From: an uncultured delta proteobacterium
GTDB lineage: Bacteria > Myxococcota_A > Polyangia > Haliangiales > Haliangiaceae
Direction: 5' to 3'
Assembly: GCA_963848295.1 (NCBI GenBank)
Contig: CAWKDB010000011.1
Location: forward strand, 1-64,000
Length of the DNA stretch: 64,000 bases
Of the stretch, positions 58,293-64,000 are shown in pieces; positions within the stretch are counted from its first letter, which is position 1; the number at the start of each line of letters is the position of its first letter. Under the pieces are notes generated by a model, which was given only the letters and a program-made list of their open reading frames with translations, was not told where the DNA came from and did not search any database. The translations under genes and the position numbers were made by a program.

Positions 58293-59549
58293 ATGGACGA
58301 GGCCGACACCATTGGCGGGCGGTATGCCCTCGACGGTCGCCTCGGCGAGGGCGGGATGGGCATGGTCTATCGCGCCCGTCACCTGCAGCTCGGCAAGCCC
58401 TTCGCGCTGAAGATCATCTCGCCTGCGTTCGCACTCGATGCCGTTGCGCGCGAGCGGTTCAACCTCGAGGCGAAGCTCGCGAGCGAGATCTCGCACCCGA
58501 ACATCGTGTCGGTCGTCGATTTCGGCGAGGACGCGAAGTACGGCGCGTACATGGTGATGGAGCTGGTCGAGGGCGAGCCACTCGTTTCCGAGGGCTCCCT
58601 GCCGATGTCGATCAAGCGCGCATGCGACGTGCTCGGTCAGATCGCCGACGCGCTCGACCACATCCACAAGCGCAGCATCATCCATGGCGACGTCAAAGCC
58701 GATAACATCATGCTCGCGGTCGAGAGCGACACGAGCAGTGGTGGGCGGCGCCGTCGGGTCGCTCGGTTGCTCGATTTCGGGCTCGCGCGCCGGCCGGGCG
58801 GCCACAATCACAACGAAGAGGAGTCGGTCAGCGGCAGCCCGCACTACCTCGCGCCCGAACGCGCCGCCGGCGGCCCTGCGACGGTCGCGACCGACGTGTA
58901 CGCGCTCGGCGTGCTCGGCTACTTGCTGATCACCGGCACGCTGCCGTTCGATGGCGAGGTCGTCGACATCCTGACCGCACAGATCAACCAGCAGCCCGAA
59001 TCGCTCACGCAGCGACGCGGCGGCGAGATCGATCAAGCGGTCGAAGCGCTGATCCTGCGCGCGCTCGCGAAGGATCCGGCGAATCGCCACAGCAGCGCGG
59101 CGCAGTTCCGCTACGAGCTCAACACCGTGATGGACATGCTCGACATGGGCAGGCGCACGCGGCGGACCGGGCTGATGGCGATCGAAGGATCGCGCGAGAC
59201 GATCGCGGCCTCGCTGTTCGCGACCTCGCGCCTGCCCCAAGCGGTGCTCTCGACCGACGGTGTCGTCAAGCTGGCGAACCGCGCGTTCGCGACGCTGCTC
59301 GGTCAGGAAGACGGCTCGGTCGAGGGCATGCCGGTCGGCGAGACGGCGCTCGCGAAGTACATCCCGGGCCTCGTCCGCGCGTTGCGCGCTGCCCATCTCG
59401 ACGGCAACACGACCGAGCGCCGCGCGCGAGTGTTCCGCGGCGCCGATCAACCGCCGCTCGAGCTCGTGTCGTGGCTGTCGCCGCTGCCGATCGGCGGCGA
59501 CATCCACATGATCGTGCGTGTCGACGAACCCGCTCGCGACGATCGCTGA
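58293..59549 (+). CDS. Ser/Thr protein kinase with C-terminal PAS-like domain
   Basis: GEGGMGMVY, ALK, HPNIV, HGDVKADN, DFG, YLAPE, DVYALG. Confidence 0.9.
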   Translation: MDEADTIGGRYALDGRLGEGGMGMVYRARHLQLGKPFALKIISPAFALDAVARERFNLEAKLASEISHPNIVSVVDFGEDAKYGAYMVMELVEGEPLVSEGSLPMSIKRACDVLGQIADALDHIHKRSIIHGDVKADNIMLAVESDTSSGGRRRRVARLLDFGLARRPGGHNHNEEESVSGSPHYLAPERAAGGPATVATDVYALGVLGYLLITGTLPFDGEVVDILTAQINQQPESLTQRRGGEIDQAVEALILRALAKDPANRHSSAAQFRYELNTVMDMLDMGRRTRRTGLMAIEGSRETIAASLFATSRLPQAVLSTDGVVKLANRAFATLLGQEDGSVEGMPVGETALAKYIPGLVRALRAAHLDGNTTERRARVFRGADQPPLELVSWLSPLPIGGDIHMIVRVDEPARDDR

Positions 59550-59555
59550 GCGCCT

Positions 59556-59957
59556 CTACGACTTGGGATTGATGTTCTCGAGGCACGCGAGCATCGGCTC
59601 GCACGCGGTCTCCGCCGCCGGACAAACCTCGAGCACCCGGACTTGGCGCGACGAGTACGAATGTGACTCGCAGTCCTTGATGAACTCGGACGAGTTCTTG
59701 CGCTGGACCGCGGGCGCGGCGTCCTTGTCGAACTGCGCTTGGGTCACCTTGCCGGCGGCGACGTCCTTCTTCGCGTCCTCGACCGCACAGGCGGTGATCC
59801 GCGGTCCGAGGGCCTCGCAGGCGACGTCGCGCCGCTTCTCGATCGCGGAGCGGTGATCGACAGGCTTCGCGGGCACCGGATCGGGATCCGGGGCCGGCTT
59901 CTGGGTGCTGCCGCACGCGGCGACAACGGCGAGGGTGAGGGCGAGCTTCATCATCAT
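59556..59957 (-). CDS. Cys-rich lipoprotein
   Basis: Lipobox VAAC and paired Cys residues. Confidence 0.65.
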   Translation of the reverse strand: MMMKLALTLAVVAACGSTQKPAPDPDPVPAKPVDHRSAIEKRRDVACEALGPRITACAVEDAKKDVAAGKVTQAQFDKDAAPAVQRKNSSEFIKDCESHSYSSRQVRVLEVCPAAETACEPMLACLENINPKS

Positions 59958-60319
59958 TGGGGGGACACCTGTGGCGGCGTCGGTTTGCGCCCGAGCGCGT
60001 CACCTTCGCTGCCTTCGTCGTCGAGCGGGATCAAGCAGCGCTGCTCGAGGTCGCTGACGCTGTTGGCGCCGTCCATGCACGCCGCGAGCTTCGCGGGATC
60101 CTTGGCGCAGTCGACCATCGCCATGTGGACGTTGTCGGCGGTCTCCGTGTCGACGCGGGCCGGCTGTTGCTGCTGCGCCTCGGCGCGGTACAGGGCTTCG
60201 ACCTTCGCGCGCACGCTATCGCAGGTCGCGGCGGTCACGCCGATGGCGAGCTTGGCCGCCGGCTTCGGCGGCGGACAGCAACCGGCGAGCACCGCGACCG
60301 CGACGAGCCACAACCGCAT
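59954..60319 (-). CDS. Cys-rich lipoprotein
   Basis: MRLWLVAVAVLAGC lipobox; coupled to the next gene. Confidence 0.65.
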   Translation of the reverse strand: MRLWLVAVAVLAGCCPPPKPAAKLAIGVTAATCDSVRAKVEALYRAEAQQQQPARVDTETADNVHMAMVDCAKDPAKLAACMDGANSVSDLEQRCLIPLDDEGSEGDALGRKPTPPQVSPQ

Positions 60320-60327
60320 CGTGCTGG

Positions 60328-61089
60328 TTATACACCGGCGTGGACGCGGAACCCGGGCAGCTGCCACGGCGGTCGCGAGATCCGGTCGCGATCGGTCAGG
60401 TCGAGGTGCATCGGCGTCAGGCTGCTGTGACCGCGCGCGATCGCGACGCAGTCGGTGCCCGGGATGTCGTCGTGACCGCTCGGGCCGCCGCCGACCCAGT
60501 AGTACGGGCGTCCGCGAGGATCGGCTCGCTCGGCGACATCGTCGGCGTAGATTCGCCGGCCGAGCGCGGTCCATTCGTACGCGTCGCTCTCGCCGCCGGG
60601 CATGTTGACGTTCAGCACCGAGCCGCGCGGCATCGGCTCGGCGATCGTGGCTGCGATGACCGCCGCCGCGAAGTCGAGGGCGCGGTCGGGAAACCGCGCG
60701 CGAGTGCCGAGCGAGCACGCGATGCCCGCAGAGCCACGCAGCGCACCTTCGACCGCCGCGGCGACCGTGCCGGAGTAGAACACGTCGCTGCCGAGGTTGT
60801 AGCCATCGTTGACGCCGGACACGACGACCGCCGGCGGGCGATCGCATAGCTTCAACATCGCGAGGTACACGCAATCCACCGGCGTCCCCGACAGCGAGTA
60901 CCGGCGCGCGCGGACCTCGGTCAGCCGGAGTGGCTTGTGCAACGTGATCGCGTGCGACGCGGCCGATCGCTGGCGCTCGGGTGCGACGACGAGCACGTCG
61001 GCGAAGCTCTCGATCCGCAGCGCGAGCGCCTCGAGGTGCGGGGCATCGATGCCGTCGTCGTTCGAGCACAGCACGAGCGGACGCGACAT
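60328..61089 (-). CDS. surE: 5'/3'-nucleotidase SurE
   Basis: SNDDGI, VVAP, SGTPVDCV, VVSGVN.G.NLG.DVFYSGTVAAA.EG. Confidence 0.93.
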   Translation of the reverse strand: MSRPLVLCSNDDGIDAPHLEALALRIESFADVLVVAPERQRSAASHAITLHKPLRLTEVRARRYSLSGTPVDCVYLAMLKLCDRPPAVVVSGVNDGYNLGSDVFYSGTVAAAVEGALRGSAGIACSLGTRARFPDRALDFAAAVIAATIAEPMPRGSVLNVNMPGGESDAYEWTALGRRIYADDVAERADPRGRPYYWVGGGPSGHDDIPGTDCVAIARGHSSLTPMHLDLTDRDRISRPPWQLPGFRVHAGV

Positions 61090-61103
61090 CGTGGCGGACT
61101 GTA

Positions 61104-62231
61104 TCAGAACAGCTGATCGATGGCCGGCGACGTGGTCGCGCCCGGAATGACGCCGCCCGGCGCAGAGACGTTCGTGTCGATCGTGCCGGGCGATCCACCG
61201 CCGCCGCCCCCGCCCGCAGTGTTCGAGCTCGCGCCGAACGTCGCTTGCGTCGTGCCCGCGAAGCCGTTGCCGCCCCTGCCGCCTCCCGTGCCGCCCAGCG
61301 CCGGAGTCAGCGGCGTCACCGGATTTGGATCGAAGCCGTTGCTGGCGCCGCCGCTCGCGTTGCCCCCGGCGCCGCCCCCGCCGCCGTTCGCGATCAGCGT
61401 CGCCCCGGTCGCGGAGATCGTCGGCGTGTAGATCAAGATCGTGCCACCGCTGCCGGCGCCACCGCCGCCGGAAACGTCGTGACCGGCCGCCCCGCCGGCG
61501 CCCGACGCATTGATCGTTCCGGAGATCGTCACGGAGCCAGTCGCTACGATGAAGACCGCACCGCCGCCCGCACCGAAGGCGCCTTCGTCGCCCGCGGTTT
61601 TGATCCCGCCGGTCTGCCCGGGACAGCCGCCGAGCAGCGTGTCCGGCACCGGCAGCGATGCCCCGACGGTGCCGCCGGTCCCACCCAGGGCGCCGGCACC
61701 GCCGCCGCCGCCGGCACTCGTGAAGCTACCGCCGGCCCCACCGCCAGCGCCAATCAGGCCGTTGACCGGCGCCGTCGCGAACGGATTGCACGCCGTGCGC
61801 GCGCCCGCGCCGACCGTGCCGCCGACGTGGCTCGCGATGTCGAGCGTGCCCGCGATGTCGACCGTGTCGGACACGAGGACGAGCGGTCGTGCGCCGGTCG
61901 CGACGAACGTGCCGGTCACCACGATCGTCGAGCCGGCGACGACACAGGCCGGCGGTTGCGCAGAGCTCGTCCACGGATTGCCCGGCGCGCACGCCGCATC
62001 GGTGTCGGTGTCGAGCGTGCCGGCCACGAGGTCGACCACACCGGCCGGCGCCGTCGCGAAGCACAGCTGCCAACCGGTCGGGCCGTAGCACGCGTCCGCG
62101 CTGTCGCTCGCGCTGGCGGCATCGGCGGCAACACCATCGCCGCCCGCATCGCCGAGCCGGAAGTTGTCGATGCCGAGGAGGTTGCCGCACCCCGAGGCGC
62201 AAGCGACCAATGCCCCGAGGACGACCCGCAC
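61104..62231 (-). CDS. glycine-rich exported lipoprotein
   Basis: Lipobox ASGC; repeated GGGAGGS/GGGGG motifs. Confidence 0.65.
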   Translation of the reverse strand: MRVVLGALVACASGCGNLLGIDNFRLGDAGGDGVAADAASASDSADACYGPTGWQLCFATAPAGVVDLVAGTLDTDTDAACAPGNPWTSSAQPPACVVAGSTIVVTGTFVATGARPLVLVSDTVDIAGTLDIASHVGGTVGAGARTACNPFATAPVNGLIGAGGGAGGSFTSAGGGGGAGALGGTGGTVGASLPVPDTLLGGCPGQTGGIKTAGDEGAFGAGGGAVFIVATGSVTISGTINASGAGGAAGHDVSGGGGAGSGGTILIYTPTISATGATLIANGGGGGAGGNASGGASNGFDPNPVTPLTPALGGTGGGRGGNGFAGTTQATFGASSNTAGGGGGGGSPGTIDTNVSAPGGVIPGATTSPAIDQLF

Positions 62232-62358
62232 GACTCCACCGTAACACGACACGCCTATCGGCTCGAACAACGATCGCCTGGCCGGAGCCGCGCCGGTGCG
62301 GGCGGTTTCTCGTCGAGCTCGACGCGCCCGAGCGCGGTCGAACACGTATCCTCATGCC

Positions 62359-63144
62359 TTGCCGTTCACGCCCGCGCATCCGATGGCCGTGCTGCCGATC
62401 GTGCGCGTGCGATGGCTCGATCCCACGTGCCTCGTGATCGGCTCGATGGCTCCGGACTTCGAGTATTTCATCCACGGACAGCTCGAAGGCCGGTTCGGTC
62501 ACACGTGGCCGGGCTTGGTCGGTTGGTGTCTCCCGGTCACGCTGGTGCTCGCCGCGCTGTGGCACTTCGTTGTCAAGCGACCGCTCGCGCTCGTCGCGCC
62601 CGACGCGATCGCTCGCAGGTTGCCCGTGGAGCGGCGCTGGCCCCCGTCGATCGTCGCCTGCGGGATCTCGGCGCTCGTCGGCGGCGCGACGCACCTCGTG
62701 TGGGATGGCATGACGCACGCCCAAGGTTGGGCGCAGCGCTGGTTCCCGCACACGTTCAACCATCTGTATACCGTGCCGGTGCTCGGGCCGATTCCGCTGT
62801 TCCGGGTGTGTCAGCACGTCAGCACGGCGATCGGGCTCGCGGTCGTCGCGTACTTCATCGTGCGCGCGCTACGGCGCGGCAAGCTGCGGGCGATCGAGCT
62901 GCGCGATGGCCAGGCCAGCAGCGCCGGCACCGCACAAGCCGGTGCGCTCGATCGACGCGGGCCGCGCGCGATCTTCATCGGGTGCACGCTCGCCGCGATC
63001 GCCGCGTTGTTCGGCCGCGCCTGGTTCGTGCTCGAATCGCGCGACCCGGGCACGCTCGTCGTCGCTCCGATCTCGGGCTTGCTCGCCGGTACGCTCGTCG
63101 CCGCGGTGATCGTGCGGCTCGCGTACCCCGAGCGTGTGTGCTGA
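62359..63144 (+). CDS. DUF4184 family membrane protein
   Basis: PFTPAHP, GSMAPD, GHT, THLVWDGMTH, QHVST. Confidence 0.8.
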   Translation: MPFTPAHPMAVLPIVRVRWLDPTCLVIGSMAPDFEYFIHGQLEGRFGHTWPGLVGWCLPVTLVLAALWHFVVKRPLALVAPDAIARRLPVERRWPPSIVACGISALVGGATHLVWDGMTHAQGWAQRWFPHTFNHLYTVPVLGPIPLFRVCQHVSTAIGLAVVAYFIVRALRRGKLRAIELRDGQASSAGTAQAGALDRRGPRAIFIGCTLAAIAALFGRAWFVLESRDPGTLVVAPISGLLAGTLVAAVIVRLAYPERVC

Positions 63145-63196
63145 CGTTTCGGCGATAACTCGCGCACCTCAGGCGCATTCGACGTACGATCGCGAC

Positions 63197-64000
63197 GTGC
63201 GCGGGTCGAGCACGTCAAGCTTGCGGCTAACGGCTGGGCTCCTCGCCGCGCTCGGTAGCCGCGCCCTCGCCGCGCCGGCGACCGAAGCCGACGAGGCGTT
63301 CAAGCAAGGACGCGCCTTGCTCAAGGCCGGAAAGTTCGCCGAGGCAAGTGCGCAGTTCGAACGCAGCGAAGCGCTCGACCCGCAGCTCGGCACGACGTTC
63401 AACATCGCCGAATGCGATGCCCACATCGGCAAGCTCGCTTCGGCGCTCGCCGCCTATCGCGAGGTCGTGGCGCGCGACGCCAACACCGAGCGCCGTGCGA
63501 CCGCAGATGATCGCGCGAGACAGCTCGAGCCCCGCGTCCCGAAGTTGGTCGTCGAGATCGCGACCCCGCCCGCCGGCCTCGCGATCACGCTCGACGGCCG
63601 ACCGATCGAAGTGAACCATCCGATCGACCTCGACTTCGGGGACTACGCACTCGTCGTGCGCGCGACCGCGATCCGGTCGTATGCCCGCACGATCAAGATG
63701 CACGACGAGGGGCTCACGACCACGGTGAACGTCCCGCTGGTGCCCGACCGACCACCTGCCCCCGTGGGCGTCCCCGAGCCGATGCGGATCAGCACGCCGA
63801 CCCTCGTGGCGCCCGCCGGCTCGCACCGCAGGCGCTATGCCGTCGTCGCGGCTGCGAGCGGCGGCGCGGTCGTGGTTGCCGGGCTCGTCGTCGGCGTGCT
63901 CGCCCGCAACCAATGGAGCGATGCGAAGGCGGTGTGCGGCGGCACCGTGTGCGCGACCCAGGACGAGCTCGATCGCGCGACGGCGCTCGGCGATCGGGCG
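63197..64000 (+). CDS. exported TPR/PEGA-like protein, partial (runs off the window)
   Basis: AFKQGRALLKAGKFAEA..FERS..LDP..GT.FNIAEC...GKLASA; no stop before the end of the window. Confidence 0.7.
   Translation, partial: MRGSSTSSLRLTAGLLAALGSRALAAPATEADEAFKQGRALLKAGKFAEASAQFERSEALDPQLGTTFNIAECDAHIGKLASALAAYREVVARDANTERRATADDRARQLEPRVPKLVVEIATPPAGLAITLDGRPIEVNHPIDLDFGDYALVVRATAIRSYARTIKMHDEGLTTTVNVPLVPDRPPAPVGVPEPMRISTPTLVAPAGSHRRRYAVVAAASGGAVVVAGLVVGVLARNQWSDAKAVCGGTVCATQDELDRATALGDRA

Noticed and set aside
61104..62231. GGC/CCG-rich repeats
   Set aside because: Explained by the Gly-rich coding sequence.

Overview
A GC-rich bacterial chromosomal window whose gene content points to Myxococcota: many Cys-lipoproteins, PilZ, AgmX/TonB-like and TPR proteins, a Ser/Thr kinase, and an elb ether-lipid cluster. 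Positions 1-46.4 kb and 58.2-64 kb are housekeeping or accessory host DNA. They hold tRNA-fMet, a FIST/two-component cassette, elbD-type ether-lipid genes, dciA, corA, alr-mlaEFD, thiSGE, tRNA-Thr and surE. Between about 17 and 41.4 kb many genes are split by single-base frameshifts, most likely long-read assembly errors. The main discovery is an ~11.7-kb element integrated in tRNA-Arg(CCT), bounded by a perfect 51-bp direct repeat (46422-46472 / 58101-58151) with TGGTGACTA(G/A) arm-type repeats inside both ends. It looks like a phage satellite: integrase, DUF4258/MqsA-like TA pair, AlpA/Xis, primase, VapE helicase, iteron origin, TerS-like, TerL, and an XkdF-like protease/scaffold protein. 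It has no recognisable portal, capsid, tail or lysis gene. Two details stand out. The TerL Walker A lysine is replaced by Val while the nuclease residues are intact. A three-way-junction C4/CI-like antisense RNA (55977-56049) has two loops complementary to an upstream site and to the Shine-Dalgarno/start codon of the protease-scaffold gene. All product calls come from motifs read by eye; no database searches were run.
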